Origin: Kiritimatiellia bacterium
Lineage (GTDB): Bacteria; Verrucomicrobiota; Kiritimatiellia; RFP12; DVOR01
Assembly: GCA_031553315.1 (NCBI GenBank)
Contig: JAVBLT010000021.1
Coordinates: 1,082-65,081 of the forward strand
Direction of reading: 5' to 3'
DNA: 64,000 nt
Below the pieces are notes generated by a model that ran no database searches, was not told the DNA's origin, and worked only from the letters and a program-made list of their open reading frames with translations. The translations under genes and the position numbers were made by a program. Shown piece after piece: positions 50,548 through 63,850 of the stretch (its first letter is position 1; each line of letters starts with the position of its first letter).

Positions 50548-53016
50548 CTATTTCTCCAATCGTTTGAGCCAGGTTTTGACTTCGTCGTCGCCGCCGACGC
50601 GGGCGTCGAGGATGCGTTTGAGGACGGCGACTGCTTCTTCGCGGCGGCCGTTTTTCACGAGGAGGTCTGAGAGCTGGTAGGCGCCTTTGAGGAACCAGCT
50701 TCTTCCGTTTTCGCCGTACCAGACGTTGCTGCGGCGGTCGGTGAGGAAGCGCGCAACGACTTCGTTGTAGTATTGGCTGACGGCTTCTTCGAGGCGTTTC
50801 TGTTTTTCGAGGGCTCGGCCGATTTTGTATTGATATTGGATGCGCAGCTCGGGGTTGGAGGCGAGGCGGCCGATCATTTCGCGGTAGGCGTCGATGGCCT
50901 GGGCGTAGCGGGCGGGGTTGTCGACGCCGGTCATGCTGAGGCAGTCGCCCTTGCGGCCCCAGGCTTCGGTGGCCCATTCGCTGTCGGGGTAGCGGGTGTG
51001 GATTTCGTCGAGGAGGGCGAGGGCGTCGTTGAAGCGGGCCATTTCGATGAGGGCTTCGGCCTGTACGAAGCGGGCTTCGGCGATGCGGGTGCTGCGGGGG
51101 TATTCGCGGACGAGGCGGGCGGCGAGCTCGGTGGCGCCGGGGAAGTCTTTGGTCTGGAAGGCGGCGCGGGCGGCCCAGAGGAGGGCGGCGTCGGCCCATT
51201 GGTTTTCGGGCCAGCGGGTCATGAAGTCGGTGAAGAGGGTGCGGGCCTGTTGGTAGTTGCCGCGGTTGAAGTCGGATTTGCCGAGCCAGAGGATGACGTC
51301 GGGCAGGCGGGGTGACTGGGGGTATTTTTTGAGGTATTCTTCGGCGGTGGCGCGGGCTTCGGCGTCGCGCCCCAGGCCGTAGAGGCTGAGGACGAGGAAG
51401 AAGCGGGCTTCTTCCTGCGTCTGGGGGTCGCCGGCGGTGGCGAGGTCGAGGTCGGCGGTGGCGGCGTCGAAGCGGAATGCGCGGTAGTAGGTCCGGCCGC
51501 GGCCGAGGTGGGCGGAGGCGCGCAGGAGGGGGTCGGGGGCTTCTTTGATGATGCGGGTGTAGACGTCGATGGCGTCGTTGAGGCGGTTCATGTCGGTGAG
51601 GAGGCCGCCGAGGCGGAGGGAGGCCACGCCGGAGAAGGAGCCGGTGGAGAACTGGCGGATGGTTTTGCGGAACTGTTCGAGGGCTTCGTCGGTTTTTCCC
51701 ATGCGTTCGTAGGTGTCGGCGAGCATGAGGGAGAGGCGGCCGTCGTCGGGATCGCGGGCGGTGTCGATGAGCTGGCGGTAGAGCTCGGCGGCGCGGGTGT
51801 AGTTGCCGTCGGCATGGGCGGTTTCGGCCTGGGCTTCCATGAGGCGGCGGCGCTGGGCGGGGTCGGTGGAGAGGTCGATGGCCTGGGTGAAGAGGGGGAG
51901 GGCTTCGGAGTAGCGTTTGAGGCGGGTGAGGGCTCGGGCTCGGCCTGCGAGGGCTTCGGCGGAGAGGGCGGTTGCTTCGTAGGCTTCGGCGTAGATGCGG
52001 TATTCGGCGAGGGCGGCTTCGGGCTGGTTGTTTTCGAGGAGGGCGTTGGCGAGGAGGAGCTGCATGCGGGGGGAATCGGGGTCTGAGGGGTTGAGGCGGA
52101 TGACGGTTCTGAGGAGGTCTATGCCTTCCTGTACGGTTTCGGGGGTTTTGAGGAGGAGGAGGCTGAGGCGCAGGCCGGCGTGGCGCTGGGCGCGGGCGAG
52201 GGTGGCGAGGGCGGTGGCGTCGCGGGCGGAGGAGAGGGCGAGGCGGGAATCGCCGAGGCGGTCGGCGAGCTCGGAGAGCTCCACGAGGGCTTCCACGCGC
52301 AGGAGCTGGCTCACGCGGGGGTCGGCGCCCATTTTGCGCAGGAGGCGGATGGCGGATTCGCTCTGGCGGCGGGCGGCGAAAAGGCGGGCCTGGCGCAGGG
52401 CGCATTGGGCAAACGCGTCGCCCTCGCCCATTTGGCCGGCGAAGGGGTCGAGGCGGACGATGGCTTTTTCGATCTGGCTTTGGGCTTCGAGGGGGTGGGA
52501 CCATTCGAGGGCGTTTTCGGCGCGGGTGATTGGGTTGGTGGAGGAGGTGTCGATGAGTTCGAAGAGGGCGAGGGCCTCCTGGGGGCGCTTGAGGGCGAGC
52601 CAGGCGCGGGCGGCGACGCGGCGGACGGCGTCGGCCCATTCGCCGAAGATGTCGTTGGGGATTGCGGCGGCGGCGATGGCTTTTTCGTATTGGCCGGTTT
52701 CGTAGAGGGCCTGGGCGCGGCGGAAGATGAAGACCATTTCGGGGTGGGCCTGGAGGGTGGCGGCGTGGGCGGCGAGGGCGGCGAGGATCTCGGGGTAACG
52801 GCGCTGGCCGTCGAGGGCGGCGAGGAGGAGTTTGAGGGCGGAGGCGGCGTCGGGCGAGGCGGGGTCGAGGCGGGGGAGGATCTGTTCGAGCTGATCCTGG
52901 GCCACTTTGTAGAGGCGGTCTTCGAGGGCGAGGCGGGCAATGGCGAGGGGGTCGCCGGCCGCGTGGGCGGTGGCGAGGAATAACGCTCCAATTAGTGCTG
53001 TCAGGCGTTTTGTCAT
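50548..53016 (-). CDS. Secreted tetratricopeptide-repeat (TPR) protein
   Basis: 822 aa. A signal peptide, then numerous TPR-like A/L/Y-rich 34-mers. Its start overlaps the uvrA stop (ATGA). Confidence 0.8.
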   Translation of the reverse strand: MTKRLTALIGALFLATAHAAGDPLAIARLALEDRLYKVAQDQLEQILPRLDPASPDAASALKLLLAALDGQRRYPEILAALAAHAATLQAHPEMVFIFRRAQALYETGQYEKAIAAAAIPNDIFGEWADAVRRVAARAWLALKRPQEALALFELIDTSSTNPITRAENALEWSHPLEAQSQIEKAIVRLDPFAGQMGEGDAFAQCALRQARLFAARRQSESAIRLLRKMGADPRVSQLLRVEALVELSELADRLGDSRLALSSARDATALATLARAQRHAGLRLSLLLLKTPETVQEGIDLLRTVIRLNPSDPDSPRMQLLLANALLENNQPEAALAEYRIYAEAYEATALSAEALAGRARALTRLKRYSEALPLFTQAIDLSTDPAQRRRLMEAQAETAHADGNYTRAAELYRQLIDTARDPDDGRLSLMLADTYERMGKTDEALEQFRKTIRQFSTGSFSGVASLRLGGLLTDMNRLNDAIDVYTRIIKEAPDPLLRASAHLGRGRTYYRAFRFDAATADLDLATAGDPQTQEEARFFLVLSLYGLGRDAEARATAEEYLKKYPQSPRLPDVILWLGKSDFNRGNYQQARTLFTDFMTRWPENQWADAALLWAARAAFQTKDFPGATELAARLVREYPRSTRIAEARFVQAEALIEMARFNDALALLDEIHTRYPDSEWATEAWGRKGDCLSMTGVDNPARYAQAIDAYREMIGRLASNPELRIQYQYKIGRALEKQKRLEEAVSQYYNEVVARFLTDRRSNVWYGENGRSWFLKGAYQLSDLLVKNGRREEAVAVLKRILDARVGGDDEVKTWLKRLEK

Positions 53017-55850
53017 GCCTTTTTACCTAAAATTTCCGCTAAAAACCGGCCGGTGTGGGAGCCTGCGGCGGCGGCGACTTGCTCGGGGGTGCCGCAGGCG
53101 ACGATGCGCCCGCCGCGGTCGCCGCCTTCGGGGCCCATGTCGATAAGATAATCGGCAGACTTGATGATGTCAAGGTTATGTTCGATGACGATGACGGTGT
53201 TGCCGGAGCTGCGCAGGCGCAGGAGGAGGTCGAGGAGTTTGTGGACGTCGGCGAAATGGAGGCCGGTGGTGGGTTCGTCGAGCAGGTAGAGGGTTTTTCC
53301 GGTGGCTCGCCTGGAGAGCTCGGCGGCGAGCTTGATGCGCTGGGCTTCGCCGCCGGAGAGGGTGGTGGCGGGCTGGCCGAGGTGGATGTAGCCCAGGCCC
53401 ACTTCGGCGAGGGTGCGGAGCTTGTTGAGAATGGAGGGGACGGGGGCGAAGAATTCGACGGCTTCGTCGACGGTCATGTCGAGCACGTCGGCGATGGATT
53501 TTCCGGCGTATTTCACTTCGAGGGTTTCGCGGTTGTAGCGCTGGCCGGCGCATTGTTCGCAGGCGATGTAGACGTCGGGCAGGAAGTGCATTTCGAGGCG
53601 GCGGACGCCGTCGCCCTGGCACACTTCGCAGCGGCCGCCCTTTACGTTGAAGCTGAAGCGGCCGGGGCCGTAGCCGCGGGTTTTGGCGGCCTGGGTCTGG
53701 GCGAAGAGATCGCGGATGGCGGTGAAGCAGCCGGTGTAGGTCACGGGGTTGCTGCGGGGGGTGCGGCCGATGGGGCTCTGGTCGATCTCGATCATTTTGT
53801 CGAGGTGCTCGACGCCGGTGATGGAGGCGAAGGCGCCGGGTTTTTGGTAGGCGCGGTAAAAGTGCTGGGCGAGGTGGCGCTTGAGGATATCGTCGACCAA
53901 GGTCGATTTGCCGGATCCCGAGACCCCTGTCACGCAAATGAAGCAGCCGAGGGGGAAGGCGGCGTCGACCTTCTGAAGGTTGTTTTCGGTGGCGCCTTTG
54001 ACCTTGAGCCAGTGTTTGCCGGGTTTGACGCGTTTTTCGGGCACGGGCACGCTTTTGCGGCCGGAGAGGTATTCGGCGGTGAGGGAGCGGGGGGCTTCGA
54101 GGAGGCCGGGCAGGGGGCCCTGGTAAATCACTTCGCCGCCTTTGCGGCCGGCGCCGGGGCCGATGTCGACGATGTAGTCGGCGCGGCGGATCATTTCCTC
54201 GTCGTGCTCGACGACGACGACGGTGTTGCCGCGTTTCTGCAGGCGGTGGAGCATGTTGATGAGCCGCTCGTTGTCGCGCGGGTGCAGGCCGATGGTGGGT
54301 TCGTCGAGCACGTAGAGCACGCCGACCAGCCCCGACCCGATTTGCGAGGCGAGGCGGATGCGCTGCATTTCGCCGCCCGAGAGGGTGGAGCTTTCGCGGT
54401 CGAGGGAGAGGTATTCGAGCCCCACTTCCACGAGGAAGGAGATGCGTTTTTGGATTTCTTTGATGACTTCCGCCGCGATGGCGCGCTCGTGGGCGGGGAG
54501 GTTCATGGCGGTGAAAAAGGCCTCCACCTCGCGCACGGGCATGCGCATCAGGTCTTCGAAGCGTTTGCCGGCCACGGTGCAGGCGCGCGATTCGGGGCGG
54601 AGGCGGGCGCCGTGGCAATCGGGGCAGAGCTGGCGGCTCATGAAGCGGTCGAGCACCTCGCGCAGATCGTCGCTCTCGCTTTCTTTGTAGCGGCGGGCGA
54701 GGTTGGGGAGCACGCCCTCGAAGGGTTTGGTGTAGGATTCCCATTTGCCGCTCATGAGGAAGCGCAGGGTCACGGGGCGCTGGCCGGTGCCGTGCATGAG
54801 GTCGCGGCGGAAGGCTTCGGGGGTTTTTTCGTAGGGGGTTTCGAGGTCTACGTTGTGGGCGGCGGCGAAGGCTTTGAGGAGCATGTTGTAATACATGAGC
54901 ACGTGGTGGCCGCCGCGCCGCCAGCCTTGCACGGCTTCGCGGTAGGGGAGGGTTTTGTCGGGGACTACGAGGTCTTCGTCGAACACGAGCTGCAGGCCGA
55001 GGCCGGAGCAGGTCTGGCAGGCGCCGAAGGGGCTGTTGAAGGAGAAGGCGCGGGGCTTGAGCTCTTCGAAGCTGATGTTGCAATGGGCGCAGGCGTTCTT
55101 TTCGGAATAGAGGGTGGAGGTTTTTTTGCCTTCGGGGTCGATTTTTTCCACGTCGATCAGGCCGTCGCTCTGGCGGAGGGCGAGCTCCACGGAATCGGTG
55201 AGGCGGGTGCGGATTTCGGCGCCGGTCACGAGGCGGTCGACCACGGCGTCGATCGAATGGTTCTTTTTTTTGTCGAGCTCCGGAAATTCTTCGAGCGAGA
55301 CCATTTCGCCGTCGACCCGGGCGCGGACGAAGCCCTGTTTGCGCATGGCTTCCACGACCTCTTCGTGGCGGCCTTTGCGCCCGCGCACCATCGGCGAGAG
55401 GAGGGTGAGCTTGGTGCCGGCGGGTTGGGCCATGAGCATATCCACGATCTGTTCGGCGCTCTGGCGCTCCACGGCGCGGCCGCATTCGGGGCAGTGGGCG
55501 TGGCCGATGTTGCCGTAGAGCAGGCGCAGGTAATCGTGGATTTCGGTCACGGTGGCCACGATGGAGCGCGGGTTGCTGCCCGAGGCGCGCTGTTCGATGG
55601 AGATGGCGGGGGAAAGGCCTTCGATGTGTTCCACATCGGGCTTCTGCATCTGGTCGAGAAACTGCCGGGCATAGGCGGAAAGGCTTTCCACGTAGCGGCG
55701 CTGGCCTTCGGCGTAGAGGGTATCGAACGCGAGCGATGATTTGCCCGAGCCGCTTAAACCGGTGATCACTGTCAATGAATCACGGGGGATGCGTACGTCG
55801 ATGTTTTTAAGATTATGCTGCCGCGCGCCCGTGATGATGATATCGCCCAT
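53013..55850 (-). CDS. uvrA: Excinuclease ABC subunit A
   Basis: 945 aa. Two ABC ATPase modules (GLSGSGKSS / GVSGSGKST), zinc-finger Cys clusters. Confidence 0.95.
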   Translation of the reverse strand: MGDIIITGARQHNLKNIDVRIPRDSLTVITGLSGSGKSSLAFDTLYAEGQRRYVESLSAYARQFLDQMQKPDVEHIEGLSPAISIEQRASGSNPRSIVATVTEIHDYLRLLYGNIGHAHCPECGRAVERQSAEQIVDMLMAQPAGTKLTLLSPMVRGRKGRHEEVVEAMRKQGFVRARVDGEMVSLEEFPELDKKKNHSIDAVVDRLVTGAEIRTRLTDSVELALRQSDGLIDVEKIDPEGKKTSTLYSEKNACAHCNISFEELKPRAFSFNSPFGACQTCSGLGLQLVFDEDLVVPDKTLPYREAVQGWRRGGHHVLMYYNMLLKAFAAAHNVDLETPYEKTPEAFRRDLMHGTGQRPVTLRFLMSGKWESYTKPFEGVLPNLARRYKESESDDLREVLDRFMSRQLCPDCHGARLRPESRACTVAGKRFEDLMRMPVREVEAFFTAMNLPAHERAIAAEVIKEIQKRISFLVEVGLEYLSLDRESSTLSGGEMQRIRLASQIGSGLVGVLYVLDEPTIGLHPRDNERLINMLHRLQKRGNTVVVVEHDEEMIRRADYIVDIGPGAGRKGGEVIYQGPLPGLLEAPRSLTAEYLSGRKSVPVPEKRVKPGKHWLKVKGATENNLQKVDAAFPLGCFICVTGVSGSGKSTLVDDILKRHLAQHFYRAYQKPGAFASITGVEHLDKMIEIDQSPIGRTPRSNPVTYTGCFTAIRDLFAQTQAAKTRGYGPGRFSFNVKGGRCEVCQGDGVRRLEMHFLPDVYIACEQCAGQRYNRETLEVKYAGKSIADVLDMTVDEAVEFFAPVPSILNKLRTLAEVGLGYIHLGQPATTLSGGEAQRIKLAAELSRRATGKTLYLLDEPTTGLHFADVHKLLDLLLRLRSSGNTVIVIEHNLDIIKSADYLIDMGPEGGDRGGRIVACGTPEQVAAAAGSHTGRFLAEILGKKA

Positions 55851-55935
55851 GTGCCTCTTCCTCCTCCCGACGAACCCCGCACAGGATAGCCGTTTTGGCG
55901 CGCGGTGTCAATCCCGCGCGGCGGGCTTGGGAATT

Positions 55936-56310
55936 TCATTCGGATGTGCACAGGCGGTTGAATTCCTCAATCGAGTAAGGCCGGGTGCGGACGGCGCCGC
56001 CTTCGAGGATGTAGATCGTGCCTTTTTGAGCGGTGAAGGAGGGATACCCCGGATAGGAGATCGTAAAGCGGCGCCTGGCGCCGCGCCTGTCGGTGGAAAC
56101 CTCAACGCCCCGAGTCCCCTCCGGGGCGAACACGGCGAAGCTGCCCTCGATGTGGCTCACGATCCGCCCTCTGGCAACCGTATGGAGCACCCCCTCCTCC
56201 CGCGGCTTTTCGCAGGGTGGCCGCACCGTGAACAGCAGGGTGACGCTGACCGCAAATGCGGCCAGGATCGCCACGGCACAAAGCCAGTATTTTTTTTCGC
56301 CGCCTTCCAT
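55936..56310 (-). CDS. Hypothetical membrane-anchored protein
   Basis: 124 aa with an N-terminal TM helix. Lies between the GH2 gene and uvrA. Confidence 0.5.
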   Translation of the reverse strand: MEGGEKKYWLCAVAILAAFAVSVTLLFTVRPPCEKPREEGVLHTVARGRIVSHIEGSFAVFAPEGTRGVEVSTDRRGARRRFTISYPGYPSFTAQKGTIYILEGGAVRTRPYSIEEFNRLCTSE

Positions 56311-56319
56311 GGGGGTCTC

Positions 56320-59673
<3,354 letters not shown>

Positions 59674-59879
59674 TCAATAACCGACAGTGTGAAGTATAGC
59701 AGGTCGCTGTAGAAAGCTACAACCCAAAAATTAAAGCGTGCGATTCCGATTGAAGGTTGCCTTCGTTGATCAAAACAGGCAGAAAAGGCGTTTCGGGGAA
59801 TCTTTTTTCGCGATTCTTGCATTTTTCGGCAAAGCTGTGGTACATTTTTTCCGGGCAAACATTCAGATATGAGGAAAAA

Positions 59880-60545
59880 ATGACTCGTCTGTGCTTTTCA
59901 TCGGAAACATACACCATCGATCTGAACGATATCGTCGTTTTGGAGGATTCCCGTGTCACATGCGGGAAGATCCCGCCGGGCGAGGTTGTGGTGCTGATCG
60001 GCGGGAAAGATTCCCTGCTCGCCGGGCGCGATTTGGCGGAGGCGGCAATCGGGAAGAATCTGCGGAGCATTCCCGTGCGGATTGCTTTTGCGCCGAAAAT
60101 GAGGCCGTATGATTTCATTTCGCATTTCATCCGCCCGCTGAGGCTGAAATACCGGTTTTACTCTTCGAATATCTACCATGTGGATCCCAAAGAGATTCGC
60201 GCAATGCAGCTGGAGCGCAATATCCGCACCGGGCGCAATGCCTATGCGTTTACCAACCGCAAGTATTATTTTCCCCCCGAGGAGCGGGTCGATCGCTATG
60301 AAAAACTCCGCATGAGCATGAAAAACGGCTACGACGACCGCTACCCGATGGATATCATGCTCCTGCGCACACTCGGCGCCCAGGACACGCTCAACCAGGG
60401 GCATCACCGCATTGGCATTGCGATCGAGTGCGGGCTGGAACGCGTGGCGGTCACCTTTAGCGCCTGCGGAGGGGCGCCGGAGTGGGTGAGGCCGCTTTTC
60501 CGGCGCATGGCGCGCATCAAGCGAGCCCTCAAGCGGCGAAGTTGA
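59880..60545 (+). CDS. Hypothetical protein (AT-rich 5' region), in a glycan-biosynthesis neighbourhood
   Basis: 221 aa from ATG 59880 (GAGGAAAAAA RBS). The track ORF starts earlier, but without an RBS. Confidence 0.5.
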   Translation: MTRLCFSSETYTIDLNDIVVLEDSRVTCGKIPPGEVVVLIGGKDSLLAGRDLAEAAIGKNLRSIPVRIAFAPKMRPYDFISHFIRPLRLKYRFYSSNIYHVDPKEIRAMQLERNIRTGRNAYAFTNRKYYFPPEERVDRYEKLRMSMKNGYDDRYPMDIMLLRTLGAQDTLNQGHHRIGIAIECGLERVAVTFSACGGAPEWVRPLFRRMARIKRALKRRS

Positions 60546-60558
60546 AAAACCGCCTTTC

Positions 60559-61656
60559 TCAGCGCTCAAACACTTTCCGCAGGTTTCGATCCCAGGCTTC
60601 GGCCACGCGTTCCGGCGCGTAGGGGGCGGCGGAGGCCAGGGCGGCTTGCCCCATGCGTTTGCGCAGGGCCGGGTCGCGCATCAGCTCGCGCATGCGGGCG
60701 GCCACTTCGGCGGTGTCGGCGGCAAGAAAACCGTTTTCCCCGTCGACAATCAATTCGTTGACGGCGGGAGAGGCGCGGAAGCCGATGGCAGGCAGGCCGC
60801 AGGCCATGCCCTCCATCAACGCGAGGCCGAACCCTTCATGCGCGCTGGCGAACACCTGAAAATCGGCCTCGCGATAGGCTCCGGTCACATCGTTCGAATT
60901 CCCGTGCAGATGAACGCGGCCGGCGAGCCCCGAGCGCTGAATCATCGCCTGAAGGCGGGCGGTGTAGGCGGGGTGCTTGAGCGAACCCCAGAGATCAAGC
61001 TGCCACTCGGGAAACTCCTCCGCCACCGCGGAAAAAGCCTCGATGACCAAATGCTGGCGTTTGACGCTTCCCTCCACGCGGGCGATGTAGACGACGCGTT
61101 TTTTTTCCACGCCGGGGTCGGCTCTCGCCTCCTCGGCAACAGGCCTGACCACGTTGGGCACGGAAAAAACCGGGGTTCCCGGAAAACGCCGGCGCACGAT
61201 GGCCTCGAAGGAAGGCATCAGCACCTGAAAGGCGGCCACGCGCCGCAGGGAGGCCAGCGTGAGGCGCCGGCGGATGAAAAACGCCCGGTCAACGGTGGCG
61301 AACATGTTTGCCGGATAGTTGTGAAACATCTGCACAATCCTGGCGCGATGCTTTTGAAAAAGCGTCACATTAAGCAAATCCCGAAAGAAAAAGGTCACAA
61401 TCAGATCGGGATCTTCCGCGCGGATCAGGGCGCGATAGGCCAGCGCGCCCAGCTTGAGCGCCGTGAGCAGCCGCTGCGCAGGACTGCAGAGGTTCACAAA
61501 ACGGACGGCGGGGGAAAACGAATAGCCTCCGCCGATTTTTTTGGCCGAATTGCTTGCGAAAACAACCTCGTGCCCCTTCTCCGCAAGCGAATTGGCAAAC
61601 TCGACGGCAAATTTGGTGTTGAGCACATTGCGGTCTTTGACGATAAGAATCTTCAC
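60559..61656 (-). CDS. Glycosyltransferase family 4 (GT-B, Glycos_transf_1)
   Basis: 365 aa. C-terminal EGFGLALMEGMACGLP motif. Confidence 0.8.
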   Translation of the reverse strand: MKILIVKDRNVLNTKFAVEFANSLAEKGHEVVFASNSAKKIGGGYSFSPAVRFVNLCSPAQRLLTALKLGALAYRALIRAEDPDLIVTFFFRDLLNVTLFQKHRARIVQMFHNYPANMFATVDRAFFIRRRLTLASLRRVAAFQVLMPSFEAIVRRRFPGTPVFSVPNVVRPVAEEARADPGVEKKRVVYIARVEGSVKRQHLVIEAFSAVAEEFPEWQLDLWGSLKHPAYTARLQAMIQRSGLAGRVHLHGNSNDVTGAYREADFQVFASAHEGFGLALMEGMACGLPAIGFRASPAVNELIVDGENGFLAADTAEVAARMRELMRDPALRKRMGQAALASAAPYAPERVAEAWDRNLRKVFER

Positions 61657-62498
61657 AGCTCTACTCCTTCTCTGAATGCGGTGATCAGAGACTCTCGGAT
61701 GCGGTCGATTTGCGGTTGGCGCGAAACGTAATGATTCATCAGGCTTGCGGTTTCGGTCTCGAAAGCTTCGGCAAGGCGGTCAAGGGTCACGGTGCGGCTC
61801 ATGGCGGCGGGACCGGTGAAGGCGGAATCGTAATCGTGGAATTTGAACCACCCGCCGATGAGGCCGGGGCCCGCGTCGAGAGGGGCGTTGGGGATTCCGA
61901 AAACGTCGCTCACAATGAGGCCGTGAAGGGAGGAGGAAAAGACGGCGTCGCACGAGGCGATCTCGGCCAGAATCTCGAGCGGGTTGCGGTTGAGGCTGAT
62001 GACCGCGACGTGGCTGAAACGCTCCGTCAGCCCCCGGAGGCGGTGATCAGCCCCGTGAACCACATGCGGAATCAACCCCACGCGCCAGCGTTTGGCGGGA
62101 AGCCTGGAAAGCAGCGGCGCCGCCAGCAGCGCGCCGTCGCCCAGCGGGCAATTGTCGGGCACGGATTGGAAGCGGCGCATAAGCTCCAAAGAGCGGCGGC
62201 CGCGCAGGGCGAGCACGCGCAGGCGGCGGATGAAGATGAAATCGGCGGGGATCTCGTCGCGGATGAAGCCGCTCGTCCACACCGCAAGCGGGGCTCTCAG
62301 GTGAAGCGCGGGCCAGTAACGCCAGGATTTTCTCTTGGGGCGCATGGCGGATTCGGCCACGCTCCCCAGGCCAAGCACACGGGCGTGGCGAATGGAAGCG
62401 TGGCGGACAGGCACGCCGAGAATGCGTTCGAAAATGAACGGGTTGAGAGCGTCGCCGAAATTAAGCGAACCGCAGTATTTCACGGGAAGGCCGCTCAC
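61653..62498 (-). CDS. Polysaccharide pyruvyl transferase-like protein (CsaB/WcaK family, putative)
   Basis: 281 aa. The N-terminal YCGSLNFGDALNPFIF resembles the PS_pyruv_trans G-x-N-x-GD motif. Overlaps both neighbours by 4 nt. Confidence 0.5.
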   Translation of the reverse strand: MSGLPVKYCGSLNFGDALNPFIFERILGVPVRHASIRHARVLGLGSVAESAMRPKRKSWRYWPALHLRAPLAVWTSGFIRDEIPADFIFIRRLRVLALRGRRSLELMRRFQSVPDNCPLGDGALLAAPLLSRLPAKRWRVGLIPHVVHGADHRLRGLTERFSHVAVISLNRNPLEILAEIASCDAVFSSSLHGLIVSDVFGIPNAPLDAGPGLIGGWFKFHDYDSAFTGPAAMSRTVTLDRLAEAFETETASLMNHYVSRQPQIDRIRESLITAFREGVEL

Positions 62499-63556
62499 AG
62501 CACCCCCGCCTTGCTTAACACACCGGCGATTTGCCCGGCCACAACCTCCGCGCCGAAGTGGCGCTCGAAACAGGCGCGGGCCGCCCGCCTTTGCGCCGCG
62601 CGCGCTTCCGGGGAAAGGCGCGCCAGTGCTTCGACCGCGGCGGCCAGTGCGGCGGCATCGCCCGGCCTCACGAAATAAAGGCCGCAGCGTTCATCCGCCC
62701 CAAGGGGGTAGGCTTCCGATTCGTTGGTGATGACAGGCCTGCCGCAGGCCAGCGCCTGAAACACTTTGTTGGGAATCACGCGCGAGGCTTTCGGCGATTG
62801 CCCGAACACCCCCAAAAGAATATCCGCCCGGCCGATCCGCCCGGGCAGATCCGCATAGGCGACGGGGGGCTCAAAGACAATAGCCTCGCATCCTTTCGCC
62901 TTCTCCTCACAGGCCGCCCGCTCGGGGCCGGCGCCCAGCAAAGTCCACCGCACCGGCGGGCCGGCGTAGCGCAGGGCGGCCTCAACGATGGTTCCCGCGC
63001 CCTGAAGCCCCAGGAAGCTGCCGTAGAAAAGCACCTCGGGCGCGGCGTTTTCCGGCGGCGCGGCGGGCGGGGCGAAGGAAGCGTCGGCGCCCACATAAAC
63101 AACCGAAACGCGCGCCTCGGGCACGCATAGCGCCTCATGGAAAAACGCCTTGTGGCAGGCCGTGTCGGCCACGACCTCGTCGGCCAGCGCGAAAAGAGCC
63201 GCCTCCCGGGCGCGGAGCGCTTCGGCCCGCGGCGACCGGGGAGGCGCTTTTTTATGCTCAAACACCTGTTTGTCGTAACTGCTGATCAGCGGGTCGAAAA
63301 TCAGCGGAATCTTTCGGCGGCGCGCGAAACGGGCTGCGGCCTTCACATCGCGCTGGCGGAAACAGGGCACCCACACCGCCGCCGCTCGGGGAAGCCTGCG
63401 GAAAAGGGCTTCCACCCCCGCCGACCATGAAAAACACGGCTTGAAATCCGCACACCGCCACCCCAGCCGCGCGAGCGCCTGCCGCACCACAACGTTGCGC
63501 GAGTAGTTCACGTTGCCGCGACCGAACCAGATGATTGTTTTTTGGGCTTCAGCCAT
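62495..63556 (-). CDS. Glycosyltransferase (GT-B fold, GT1/GT4-like)
   Basis: 353 aa. C-terminal ...FEPPVAYADLPGRIGRADILLGVFG...PNKVFQALACGRPVIT resembles a GT-B nucleotide-sugar binding domain. Confidence 0.6.
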   Translation of the reverse strand: MAEAQKTIIWFGRGNVNYSRNVVVRQALARLGWRCADFKPCFSWSAGVEALFRRLPRAAAVWVPCFRQRDVKAAARFARRRKIPLIFDPLISSYDKQVFEHKKAPPRSPRAEALRAREAALFALADEVVADTACHKAFFHEALCVPEARVSVVYVGADASFAPPAAPPENAAPEVLFYGSFLGLQGAGTIVEAALRYAGPPVRWTLLGAGPERAACEEKAKGCEAIVFEPPVAYADLPGRIGRADILLGVFGQSPKASRVIPNKVFQALACGRPVITNESEAYPLGADERCGLYFVRPGDAAALAAAVEALARLSPEARAAQRRAARACFERHFGAEVVAGQIAGVLSKAGVL

Positions 63557-63850
63557 TTTCCCGTTCCTTGCTGCTCACAGTATAGAACAATTTTCCCCTG
63601 GAAAACAAGCCTGCAAAAAACACACCGCGCCATGATTGACGCCGTTCATTAAAATTGTTATCGTTTTACCGTTTTCAATTGAAGCGAAGAACCCCGCGCA
63701 GAAAGAAAATTCCATGATCCCTTTCATCCTCGCCGCCATTCTCCTGCCCGCCGCATTTGAAAAACAGCTCTTCCCCCTCCTGCGCAAATACGGCGCCAAA
63801 GCCACCATCTTCCTCGCCCACCCTCCGCGAAGAAAAAGAGAACGCACGCC

